A DNA stretch of 64,000 nucleotides from Chiloscyllium plagiosum (GCF_004010195.1 NC_057711.1:83251623-83315622), one strand, 5' to 3'; shown: positions 40,129 to 52,165, counted from the first letter of the stretch. Program-made: numbers and translations. The notes: generated by a model not told the origin, from the letters alone.

Positions 40129-43100
40129 GTTATTTTCAGGTTGTCAAACTGTAACTAGTGGAGTGTCACTGGTATCGGTGCAGGGCTTCAACTATTTACA
40201 ATCTATGTTAATGATTTGGATGAAAGGACAAGGTGCTTGGAGCTAAATTTGCTGATACCATAAGTATAGGTAGGAAAGTGATTTGTGATGAGTTCACAAA
40301 CAGTCTGCAAAAGGATATAGTTAGATTAAATGACCAGGCAAATAGAAGATGGAGTATAATATGGGAAAATGTGAATCTGTCCATTTTGGCAGGTAGTAAA
40401 GCAATATATGATGAAACTGGAGAGGAATTATAAAGTTCTGCATTATAGAGGGATAGAATTTTGGCAATTATTGTGAAGAGAATGGAGCATTAATGTAGGG
40501 ATATCTTGCTAGTGCTGCAGAGAACTTTTCTTGAGGGCTGCATCTGTCATACTATGTACAGTTTTGGTCTCTTCACATGGGGAGGGACATGCATAATTGC
40601 ATTAGAAGCAATTCAATGCAGTCGCACATTGCTGATTCATGGGATCAGTGCATTGTATAATAACAGTTAAGTTACGTAGTCATTGAAGTTTAACAAAATG
40701 AGATCTGATCTGATTGAAGCATGAGATTCTGCTGGAGTTTGCCAGGGTGGATGCTAGGACAATATTTCTTCTTGTGGGTTAATCTAAAACTAGAGGACAT
40801 TGTTTAAAATAAGGCATCTGAACATTTTTAGCTTCTCACACATATTTCCGACTTCCTGAAAATATTGGGGTCATTCAGTTTTATTTAACTTACTAGCTGG
40901 CAGCACTAAGACAGGTATTCCTTCTGAGATAGGGGAGAGGTAGAGAAATCCCATGCAGCAGCCATCCTGGTAATGCATGGGCTGACCTTGATGTTTAGCC
41001 AGGAAGGGATGAGACCAGGCCGGGACAGGTGATATTTGCAACATCTGCTCATTTGTCACTCTATTACACAAGGGAGATTCTGGATTCCAAGAGAGATAAA
41101 AATATTTCTATTGTTCAGTTATACAAAATATGAATATTGTTGAAGAGAGAATCTTTAACTGAAGCTCTTCATCTTGCCCTGATTAGGGCAAAAGAATGGA
41201 AATTTCAAAGACTCGCCACAATTTCCAGTTACTACAGGAGAAAGATGCTGATTTGTTGACATGCTGACTCTGGCAGAGACATTGTCCATGCAGAAAACTA
41301 AAGTCCCCTCCTTGTTCCCGGACATTTTTATACAAGTGCATGTTATGGACATATTTCCATTTTTTGCAGAAAGTAAACATAGAGAATGAATGTATGCAGC
41401 TTATATTTAATGTAAATGAGCCATGTGATAAGCTCAAACTGATTATTTTAAATGATTTGAGTGTAGCTATTAGCACACTTTGTTGAGTAAGTGCTCTCCA
41501 ATCACAGAACCACATCAAACAATGGCAAACAAGGAAAAGGGATACCTTTATCCCAATCATTCGAGTAATCCTGACAGTGTGTTCTTCACATGGTCTTCAG
41601 AGTCTGATGCCACCTTTCTAAAGGTCCCTGGGATTCAGGATGATATGCACCTGATTTAAAGTATACCTAAGCTCTCCATGACTTCCTTAAACAGCCTAGC
41701 AGTAAAATTAGATTCTTGGTCTGATTGAATCTCTCTGGATAGCCCGTATCGCGTGAAGAAAGCTATTAGCTCCTCTCCGACCCTTTTTGCCTAAACCTCC
41801 ATAATTGGCTGCAGAAATCTGGTAGACACATCCATTATGGTTAGCAGGTACTGGTTCCCACTTTTAATTGTTGGAAGGAGACGTTCACAATCAATCATAA
41901 CCCATGTGAATGGTTCTTCAAACGCGGGAATTGGCAACAAAGGTGCTGGTTTTATTACTGCCTATGGCTTACATTTGGCATGTATGACATATATGGCAAA
42001 AGTTAACCACATCCTTGTGCATTCCAGGCCAATACAAATGCTTTTGTACCTTAGCCTGAATCTTCCGTACACCTAGGTGACCTCGTACTGGTAATTCACA
42101 TGCTGCCATAACACTTCCTGTCTGTATGCTACTGGCAGCACAATCTTGTGCACTTCGGCCCATTTCTCCTCTGCACTAACCTGCTGTGGTCTCCGTTTTC
42201 ATCTTAGGATTCTATCTTTAAGATAATAACCCTTGGGAATACATTCTGATTCTTTTTCTGAGTATGCATCAACATATAGATCTTTTATTGTCTCGTCTTT
42301 CTATTATAAGTCCATTAGCCTAAACACTTCTGTCTGACCCTCTGCCGTTCAGATTTATCCTGCACCATTACATCAAATGGTATCTGCAAACTGAGCTTCA
42401 ACTCCTTCATCTTTCTCTTTAGTTTTTGCTTTGTGCTGTGACTTATGATAGTAAGATCTTGTTACTACACAGTCTGTGAAAATACCTGGGTATTTTTCTT
42501 TTAAATTCTTAGTTCCCTGGTCTTCCTTGGGCGTCTCCCAAGGGGTGTCACTCCTACCTTGGATCCTGCTAAATCATACCCAAGAACAAACTGGATTCCT
42601 GGAATTGACCCTCTGTCAATCACTCCCACTATTACTTCCCCAGTTTTGAGTTGGCACTCCAACGCTAAATTCCTGTCCATCTATCCAACAAATTACCACT
42701 CTCTCAGGTAACAGGTCAGTAAGAGTGCAAATACGTTCATCTCTTATTTATTAGAGACTGGTTAGATCCTGCATCTTTCAAAATTATAACTTCCTTCCTC
42801 TCTCCCCCTGTTCTTTCTGAGTAAACTTTACCCACAGAAGTGAATTCTTTGTACAGATCAGGCACAAACTCCATACCCAGCCCCTGCCTAGGCTGTGCAC
42901 TCTCCTGCAGTTCCTCATCTCTTCTTGTGTCTCCTTTACTATTTTTGCTAATGCCACTGGCTTAGCTTCTTTTACCACATCTTTTCCCACAGTGTCTTTC
43001 TTTAGCGACCAGCACTGTGACTTTATGTGTCCCACTTTCTGGCAGTGCCCATTTTAAACCACCGGCACTGTAATTTTCAGTGTCCCACTCCGTTACACCT

Positions 43101-43849
43101 TCGGCCTTTCTCCTCTTTTTCACCCTCTTGGGCTTCTTTTTTAACACGTATAAACAATTACCAGTGTTCTCTACACTTTGTTTCATAGTGTAGGATCTCC
43201 CCTTCTCCCAAATTCTATCCCTCACAGGATGAAATTCTTGCCAGAAGCTAAGCTTTGTTGTATGCACCAATGTATATTCATCTGCCATCTCTGCTGATCT
43301 TCTCACTTCTTGAACTTTATGTTCAGCCACATGAATTCTTATCATTTCTGGAAGTGAGCTGTTAAACTCTTCCAGTAGAATAATCTTTCTTAGAGCCTCT
43401 TATCTATTTTTAATACCCACACCAATCTATAAAAATGACCATGTTTAACTCTTGCGAACTCAAATTAAGTCTGACCTGGCTCCTTCTTTGTGTTTCTGAA
43501 CCACTGTCTATACGCTTCTGGTACCAATTCATAAGCACTTAAAATAGCCTGTTTAACCTCTTCATAATGTCTTGACCCCTCATCTGACAGCACTGCAAAT
43601 ACCTCATTAGCTCTGCCTACCAGGTTAGTCTGAAATATCATTACCCACAAGTCCTCTGACCACTCTATCTGCCTAACCAATTTTTCAAATGAAATAAAGA
43701 AGGCTATGATATTTTTCTCATCAAAATATAGCAGTGTTTTAACATTTTGTATATATCACTACATTCTCTTTTAATCTCCATCCTGTTGACTTGACTTTGC
43801 TGACTAATTCGCAACTTCTGAAGTTCAAATTCTCTCTCTTTTTCTCTCT

Positions 43850-44054
43850 TGTGGAGGCTGGTACAATTGCAACATTTAAGAGGCATTTGGATGGGTATAT
43901 AATGAGTATATGGGTATATAGGTTTGGAGGGATATGGGCCGGGTGCTGGCAGGTGGGACTAGATTGGGTTGGGATATCTGGTCAGCATGGACGGGGTGGT
44001 CAGAAGGGCCTGTTTCCATGCTGTACATCTCTATGACTTTATGACTCTATGACT
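43850..44054 (+). mobile_element. HER1/CR1 3' end inserted into gag
   Basis: VEAGTIATFKRHLDGY and (TATGACT)n tail; same family as 11690. Confidence 0.9.
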
Positions 44055-44549
44055 GCGTCTCTTTCTTCTCTCTTTTTCTCTTTCTTTTTCCCATTCTTTT
44101 TCCTCTCTCTTTATCTTGTAACTCAATTTTCCTCAATTGTAACTTAAGTTTCTCTAACTCTACTGCACTTGTCTGTTTCTGCACTTGTTTGAGTAACTCC
44201 CTTATGATTTCAGCTTTATGTTTGTCCTTGGTTAAACCCAATTCTAACCTCTTTGCTAATTCTAAAAGTAAGATCTTTTTCGTTCCTCCTAAACCTTCCT
44301 GGAAAATTTGGGGATCATCTTCAAACCCCAGAACCTCTTTAGCAATTTTGAGAGCCATTTCTCTCAGTTTTAATTTAACCAACCACAAGTAACCAAAATC
44401 AAACAAATTGTCTCACCTACATTTTATTTAAAGATTTTGGACACTAATTGGCATTGTTTAAATCTGCTGAGATCTTTCACACCACAAATCTGTTCAAATC
44501 TGTCCAAATCTCAGCTTAGATCTGTCTAAACTTGTCCAAACCATGGGCC

Positions 44550-44559
44550 CGAGCCCCCA
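44550..44559 (-). promoter_or_regulatory. Primer-binding site, tRNA-Pro-like
   Basis: Minus strand TGGGGGCTCG 3 nt after the LTR end. Confidence 0.7.
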
Positions 44560-44562
44560 AAC

Positions 44563-45706
44563 TGTTACGACAAGGTAGTAAACCATTCTGCTAATTAAAT
44601 CAAACACACAGAAAAGTTCACTTTGCCTCATAATCTGTTAAAGTATGGGTGACAGAGAACTATCCAAATTTCACTCTGGGTATGGAGTTTGTGCCTGATC
44701 TGTACAAAGAATTCACTTCTGTGGGTAAAGTTTACTCAGAAAGAACAGGGGGAGAGAGGAAGGAAGTTATAATTTTGAAAGATGCAGGATCTATAAAAAA
44801 TATTTTATTCTTTAGCTCCAAAAGTGATCATTAAACAATAACTATTTACAACTCTAAGCCTCCTTTGTCTTAAAAATTTGTTACCTACCTCCCACTCTAT
44901 AACAATATACTGATCTGATAAAGCCCCTATTAAATTTACAGCAACTCAGATTTCAAAATCCGACAGCATTGATCTTCCTCTGTTTGTAGATCTCGCTGGG
45001 TCATCCTCAATTTTCTGCTGTAAAGATGTGGACGGCACAGTGGCACAGTGGTTAGCACTGCTGCCTCACAGCGCCAGAGACCAGGGTTCAATTCCCACCT
45101 CAGGCGACTGACTGTGTGGAGTTTGCACATTCTCCCCGTGTCTGCGTGGGTTTCCTCCGGGTGCTCTGGTTTCCTCCCACAATCCAAAAATGTGCAGGTT
45201 AGGTGAATTGGCCATGCTAAATTGCCCATAGTGTTAGGTGAAGGGGTAAATGTAGGAGAGTGGGTCTGGGTGGGTTACGCTTCGGTGGGCCGGTGTGGAC
45301 TTGTTGAGCCGAAGGGCCTGTTTCCACACTGTAAATAATCTCATCTAATCTAGAAAAGATGGTTCACATGAAAAAGCTACTTTCTTTTTTAAGAGAGTTT
45401 TCAGTCAGTCTATGTGAACAATGGCAGGTGGCGCTCTTTCTCTGCTAACTGTCCAAAGTACCTGCTCTTTTTACCTCAAAACATTGGATTGTCTCATTGG
45501 TTTGATTTTGTCAAAACAGTAAAATTCAAATTCAATTGGGTTTTAGTATCTTGGGGCATAATTTAAACTAATGGGTTAAATTTGAACTGCTGTGAAAACA
45601 ATGAGGTATCTAGGTTACAGCTAAAATGTTACATCTTTCAATTGTGCCTGCTACATGCTTGTCATTCTCTCTTAAAGGTACAGTACATATTTTCAATTTC
45701 ATAACA
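44563..45706 (-). repeat. 5' LTR of the Gypsy element (contains a SINE and a templated insert)
   Basis: Ends TGTTA...TAACA; adjacent to the PBS. Confidence 0.75.
45030..45351 (+). mobile_element. HE1-type SINE inside the LTR
   Basis: Canonical head, body and tail. Confidence 0.92.
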
Positions 45707-45875
45707 CCTCCATGGAGAAGGATGAGCATCCTCAGAAGCAAATTGACATTGCATAACTTCTGAGTTACTACTGTAGCACTCTGACAATACAAGGTTTCTG
45801 CTTGTAGTGAAATGGAAACTCAGGTATCAGTAATCAAACATTGGTTACTCTGGTTAGGTCCACATAATGTGGTAG

Positions 45876-45961
45876 GAAGAAGGGCTTATGCCTGAAACAT
45901 CGATTCTCCTGTTCCTTAGATGCTGCCTTACCTGCTGCGCTTTTCCAGCAACACATTTTCA
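45876..45961 (+). mobile_element. Truncated family A mini-element
   Basis: TSD ccacataatgtggtag at 45860-45875 and 45962-45977; begins inside the hammerhead core. Confidence 0.87.
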
Positions 45962-46329
45962 CCACATAATGTGGTAGTTGAGTTGACCCCCCCCCCCCCC
46001 CCCTCTACTTCTAAGCTGGATAGGATGGAATCCATGCCTTTTGCAATGTCCTGTGCAAAATTCTTGACATTGATGAATTCAAGCAGGCCTGACAATTGCA
46101 CCAAGTATTTCATTGTGCATACCCACCGACTTCCTTCTAAAGGTTTTCCAACTGGAGTCAGGTGTGGGATGTTTGCAACAGGTTGCATCTGCAAACTTGC
46201 CCTGTGGTGATTTAGAATTTTGAAACCCCTACCCTGGCTGCATATTGTTCGTGCCCAATATCTCACCATTTACAAATTCTGCCATTATTCTAACCACTAA
46301 ATACGTGCCATGACAATATCTCTGCAGGT

Positions 46330-46520
46330 GGCTGTGAGCGTGAGACCAATCAACAGCATTTCTTCATTGATTTTGTGTTCAACAAGGAAAATGCCAGCAG
46401 ATTATTTGATCATATGGGTGTACTGCAGTCCTGTCCTGATCTCCCAACCATTTGTATGCATAATAGTTGGGATTGTCAGACAGACCAACTGAATGAGAAA
46501 CCTGGGTGATTTTATTGCCC
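46330..46520 (-). mobile_element. Possible Harbinger transposase remnant
   Basis: IQLVC...IMH and GLQY resemble VQLVCD and GG.LQY.P motifs; highly decayed. Confidence 0.4.
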
Positions 46521-48245
46521 ATGAGAACAAGTATAGTGTTTTCATCACCACACTGTCTATGTTCAGTGTTGGAGCAGATTTTGAGCCTGGGACTTTTCTG
46601 GATGGTTCAGTTTTACACCTTAATGAATAGTTAGCCACTGAGACGAGAACCAATTGGAACCCTTATATTCATATTTAAGATATAGTAACTGGGAAAATGT
46701 GACATTGCATGTTATTTTGTTTTAAATAGAGCAGCCTTCAATATATTGTGGCTTGAAACATTAGTTTAAGAAAGAAAGAAATGTTTCCATTATAGGATAT
46801 TAGCTTAGACAGTGTTAAGTCCAGAATTGTGATTTTTTTCCTCTCCACTGTAAATGCCTTAAGTGAAATTAATTCAGATCTCAACAATTCTATTTCTTAG
46901 CTTTATTCACAATTGTGCTCATAACAAGCTATCTCAACCATGGCAGATGCAGTGTTAGTCAGTTTGAAAGTAGTGGAATTAGTGCAATGGGGATGCACTT
47001 CCGAAGATGAGTGTTTAACTCCTCAGAATTGTTAGAGTTCATAATTGTCAAAATCATTATCTGTCTTATGACCAGTTTTATAAAATATTATTTACATTCC
47101 TTGTGCAATAAAATCACAAATGAATTTTCTCAATGATTCTTGAGTCTATCACCATACCTTGGAAAAAGAGCTGGTTGGTTTTCAGTTATAAGGTCTTTAT
47201 AAAGGCAAGGCTGAAGCTTTTGAAGTTATTTCTTGGAACAGAAATGCTGGTAAAATTGTTCACTGCAACTGATCCAGATCAATGTCTTCATCAGTGTTAT
47301 TATAAAAATGTCTTGGAGCATCATTTCTGAGCACTTTTAAAACGTATGCTTTTTGTGTAGATGATTTAGTATTGTTAGCAGATTCAATTGAGCATTGAAT
47401 GCATTTCATTTACCATTAGTTTTGGTTTCAAAAGCAAGCAGACTGCAACTTACATCAGAAAATATCAAAAATCTATATTTCCAGAGATGCTGTCTATCAA
47501 ACTCTATGAAATAAATTATGCTCACATTTCTCTTTTGAAATATCTAAATTTAGAGCAAAAGTGCATTTTTATGTTCCTGTTATTCACCCTTGTATATTAA
47601 CAAGACTGATGAAATATTGGATGTTCCTGGACCTTTGATCAAGACAAGCTCATATTTCAATGCACTCTCATTGTAATTACATTTCATGTGCTATTATATT
47701 TTGTAGACCAACATACTAAATTCTGCCATGTGATCCAAAACACCATTAAAAGTTTTGAAAGCAAATGTAACAAAAAGGAAAATTACCATTATTTTTTTCA
47801 TTCTAAAGCTTATGGACACTGCATTTGCTTCGCTTTGCACTTCTTTTTGAATTGCCAGCCATTTTGAATGTGTGGCAGTTTTTTTTAAAACTGTTTTTTA
47901 AAAATGTTGGCATGTAGGGCAGTTAAATTGGATTGTGCAATATTAATAGTAATATTAATGGAGAGTGTTTATTGCTACTATCACAGTGTTCTTTTGCTGA
48001 GTGGGGAATGGCAAAGCTTAATCTTTGAGGACTGATAATGTATTGCTCCAGAAATCCAATTAATATCTCATTCTCCAGCATTTACATGAAGTATTTCAAA
48101 GAGTACAGATATTCAACAAACAAAATCTATTTATTTTCTTCAAAAATTATACACTGGTGATCTGAGCTATTTTTGTCATTAATTCTGCTATTGAAGTATT
48201 TACATTGTTATATATATAGGTTTGATGAATGTAAACTACTTCTAG

Positions 48246-48434
48246 GTCCTTCTTCAGTAATCAGCACTGATGATGATTCAGCCAGTCCATTACATCATGT
48301 AACTAATGGCAGCAACACTCCATCCTCCTCAGAAGGTGGACCCGATGCAGTTATCATTGGGATGACAAAGATTCCTGTGATTGAAAACCCGCAGTACTTC
48401 AGGAATTCTCATGGTTTACTCAAACCTGATACTT
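48246..48434 (+). CDS. NTRK2: Internal coding exon of TrkB receptor tyrosine kinase (juxtamembrane region, Shc/FRS2 NPQY site)
   Basis: ttctag|GT acceptor and T|gtgagt donor; 189 nt, phase 1-1. Translates (G)[62 protein letters not shown], close to mammalian Trk[53 protein letters not shown] as I recall it. Confidence 0.95.
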
Positions 48435-48615
48435 GTGAGTATTTCATTATCAACACGTTGCAAAGTGTGAATGTATGTAATCCATTGAGTATGCATGCAC
48501 TGAAGAGGAGTTTCCACCACGTTACATTGCTTTTTCAATGGAATATGCCTGACGTCATCAAAACAAGCATAACAGATAGCAGAACATTTAAGCACAAAGT
48601 ACATTATCCTTGAAT

Positions 48616-50251
48616 GATGTGGAGGATCCGGTGTCGGACTGGGGTGGACAAAGTTAAAAATCACACAACACCAGGTTATAGTCCAACGGGTCTATTTGGA
48701 AGCACTAGCTTTTGGAGCGCTGCTCCTTCATCAGGTAGTTGTGAAATATAAGCTCATAAGATACATAATTTTTATATTACAGTGTCATACTGTGATATAT
48801 TGAACAAAACTGGATTGTTAAGTCTTTCATCTTTTAGAATGCATGTTTCGGTTCATTAATATGTAATTCCCAAAACTTCTTTTAAGTCACCTTCCCGAGA
48901 TAACATAAGGTTTTGTAACAAAAGGTGACATCTCAGCTCAGACAAAGCATTAAAGATATGAGGTCCGAGTCTGTCTGTATCCCAGTCTTGAGTCAGACTG
49001 GTTCTATTTCCAAAGTAGAATTTACAAAATATTACATTGTTTGACTGCCTGCATTGTGTGACTGCAGATTGTGCATTTTTTGAGCAAAATAGAATGTATC
49101 TGCAAATATAATTATGCAAATACAAATTCACTCCATTGGAGAGAGAGAGAGAAGGGAGAGAGAGAAACAAAGGGACCACCTGTAGTTTAACATGAATTCA
49201 AGATTGAGTCCCAGTTGAGGCCATCCCCGTGGGTACTGAACTTTGCCGAGTACTAGCCTGCCCAGGAGCCAAGAAACTACACCATGTTCTTCACAGCCTG
49301 CATCACATTATCAATGAGGATGAGCACCTCGCCAAAACCTTCCCTACACTTCTGCTTTTCACCTTTAAACCTTGTATCTTCGGGTGACTGTCCTTCAAGA
49401 TGGACTTTGGGTTAGGCAACAACACAAAGTAGCCAAGTAGAGGCTGAAAGCCAAGTTTGGTAGCATGGGGATGGCCTCAATCTAGACCTTGGGTTCATGT
49501 CACACTACAGGTGACCTCACTACACTATGTACACACACATACACACACACACACTCTCATACATACTCACACACTCACACAGACCCTCTCTCATACACAT
49601 ACACCCCTCACACTCACACCCATGCACATACCCTCTCACAGGCTTATACTCCATCACACCCACACACACGCTTCACCAAGCTTTCACACATGCAAACAAA
49701 CACTCTCTTACCTGCACTCATATTCATACGCACACACTCTCTCTCTCATGCATGCACACATACATACAGGATTATGGGGTGAATTTGTATTTGTAAAATT
49801 ATATTTGCACATACATTCTATTTTGCTCAAAAAATGTACAATCTACAGGCAGTCAATACATGTAATATTTTGTAAATTCTACTTTGGAAATAGAACCAGT
49901 CTGATGCAAGATTGGGATACAGACAGACTCTGACCTCACATCTTTAATGCATTTTCTGAGCTAAGATGTCACCTTTTGTTATAAAACCCTAAGTTATCTC
50001 AGGAAGGTGATTTAAAATAAGTTCTTGGATTTACATATTAATGAACTGAAACCTGCATTCTGAAATATGAAAGACTTAACAATCCAGGTTTGTTCAATTT
50101 ATCAATGTATGACCCTGTCATCTTTTGCTATAAATTTCGTGCCTTATGATCTTATACTCCACAACCACATGATGAAGGAGCAATGCTCCGAAAGCTAGTG
50201 CTTCCAAATTAACCTATTGGACTATAATCTGGTGTTGCGTGATTTTTAACT
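48616..50251. mobile_element. Penelope-like element family B with long inverted terminal repeats
   Basis: 48650-49245 inverted relative to about 49470-50251; hammerhead-like motifs at about 48702-48736 (-) and 50167-50200 (+); degenerate TSD ttatcc(tt/tc)(g/a)aatg at 48604-48616 and 50252-50264. Confidence 0.87.
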
Positions 50252-50954
50252 TTATCCTCAAATGGGCATGGCCTCTCATCAGGTTAATCGCCATTACAAA
50301 GTTCCACTAATTTCAATTGTTTGCAATCCTTCAAGAAGGCTCTTAAGATTAAATTAGTACATTCAAGTGAAAGGAAACTAATAGGAGAAAGTGAGGACTG
50401 CAGATGCTGGAGATCAGAGCTGAAAATGTGTTGCTGGAAAAGCGCAGCAGGTCAGGCAGCATCCAAGGAGCATTTCCAGCAACACATTTTCAGCTCTGAT
50501 CTCCAGCATCTGCAGTCCTCACTTTCTCCTATTAGTTTCCTTTCACTTGAATGTACTAATTTAATCTTAAGAGCCTTCTTGAAGGATTGCAAACAATTGA
50601 AATTAGTGGAACTTTGTAATGGCGATTAACCTGATGAGAGGCCATGCCCATTTGAGGATAAAGTTAAAAATCACGCAACACCAGATTATAGTCCAATAGG
50701 TTAATTTGGAAGCACTAGCTTTCGGAGCATTGCTCCTTCATCATGTGGTTGTGGAGTATAAGATCATAAGGCACGAAATTTATAGCAAAAGATGACAGGG
50801 TCATACATTGATAAATTGAACAAACCTGGATTGTTAAGTCTTTCATATTTCAGAATGCAGGTTTCAGTTCATTAATATGTAAATCCAAGAACTTATTTTA
50901 AATCACCTTCCTGAGATAACTTAAGGTTTTATAACAAAAGGTGACATCTTAGCT
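49959..50954. repeat. 482-bp near-perfect inverted repeat with a 32-bp spacer
   Basis: 49959-50440 is the reverse complement of 50473-50954; I noticed one mismatch. Confidence 0.92.
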
Positions 50955-51027
50955 GAAAATGTGTTGCTGGAAATGCTCCTTGGATGCTGCCTGACCTGCT
51001 GCGCTTTTCCAGCAACACATTTTCAGC
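50385..51027. mobile_element. Family A mini-element enclosing an inverted copy of its upstream flank
   Basis: TSD aaaggaaactaatag at 50370-50384 and 51028-51042. Confidence 0.8.
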
Positions 51028-51764
51028 AAAGGAAACTAATAGACATGTTCAAAAGATTTTGACTGTGCAAGTTATATTTATTTGCTAAGTAACTGATTTC
51101 TGAACACTGGTATAACTACTCAATAGCTCTTTGAAAAACTATGAAGTAATTTCAAGTTATTTTAAGATGAGGTTACTTACAGGTGGTGAACTAATCACAC
51201 CATTTAAAAGATTTTTTTCATGTTATGCCAATTTTAATAAACTGCATCAAGTTACCATTCCTAAACATAAGTTCATTTTTTTACAAGAAAAAGTTTTAAG
51301 AAACATTCTAAAATGCTCCCCAATTTCATTGATGTTTGGCAACATTTTATGTCCAGCGACATGCAGATCAATTTGGACAAAAAAGTAAGATAAAGCACAA
51401 TTTTGAGCATAAGTTGTGCTTGCACTGTTGATTTTCTAAGTCGAACCCTGTGTAAACATGTCTAAACCTTTTTAGGAAATGATAAATGGACCGCAGCTGT
51501 AACATAATTGGAAGTGGCATACTGCCTGAAACCACAATAACTTTAGATAATCAAACTCGGACCATCTATTAGTTGATTGTATTGAACACTTCTGGACTAA
51601 TAATCTGCTACCCTTGCAATGACTTCCCATTTTATCTTCAGGAGTCTGTTCAAAGAGACAGCACTCTTGCTGGGATGTAGCTACACCAACTCCAAAGCAT
51701 CCTTGGGAACTAATGAAGCAGGTTGCTTTGTACCAAAGCTTTTGAGACTTTGATAAAAAAAAGA

Positions 51765-52165
51765 TTTACTTTTATATTGCACTTTTCATGACCATCAAAC
51801 ATTATATAGCAATTTACAGCCAAGGAAGTACTCTTAAAATGTAGTCATTGTTGTATGGTCGAAAGTATAGCAGTCAAGATGCCCACAGCAAAACTCCACG
51901 AAGTGCAATGTGTTAATGGCCAAATAATTTACTTGGTGATGTGGATTAAAGGATAAATATTGGCCAGAGCACCATGGATTATGGTCCTGTGCTTCTTAAG
52001 TTTAATGCCATAGGATTTCTTGCATCCACTCAAACAGTTAGTTGGAGTCTTGGATTAATATTTCATCTGGAAGGCAGCACATACAACACTGCATTACTCC
52101 GTCTATAGTGTACTTGAACCGAGACTCTTGTGACCCAGAAACAATAGTGCTAGCGACTGAACCAT
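51765..52165 (-). mobile_element. Deu-domain SINE (SacSINE1/AmnSINE1-like); fragments also at about 11325-11480 and 60522-60610 (+)
   Basis: Reverse complement shows tggccaatatttatcc, cattgcac...gctgtg and acaacaatgactaca...agtacttccttggctgtaaa, matching the Deu/SacSINE consensus as I recall it. Confidence 0.75.

Larger units (their letters stand above)
38590..40820 (+). mobile_element. Decayed CR1 LINE RT region split by a PLE insertion
   Basis: QHGFVK and YLDFQRA before 39140; GV.., KFADT after 40130. Confidence 0.78.
41050..45706 (-). mobile_element. Decayed Gypsy LTR retrotransposon, Gmr1-like (LTR, PBS, gag with SCAN-like domain and Zn knuckle, protease, integrase)
   Basis: Gag start MALKIAK at 44358; YEEVKQAILSAYELVPEAYRQWFR; GHIKSQCW; LKDAGS protease-like site; GHLGVRK...YWPGMHKDV...CHTCQ; YLLTIMDVSTRF; FFTRYG...IQSDQ. 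Confidence 0.88.

Noticed and set aside
48173..48613. 146-aa ORF as a stand-alone gene
   Set aside because: Only 48246-48434 resembles TrkB and it has splice sites; the flanks are intron read-through.
49457..49933. His/Thr-rich ORFs (also 35674-35999, 39535-39954)
   Set aside because: Translations of (CA)n-rich PLE untranslated sequence.
50321..50629. 102-aa ORF
   Set aside because: By-product of the palindrome; no recognisable protein.
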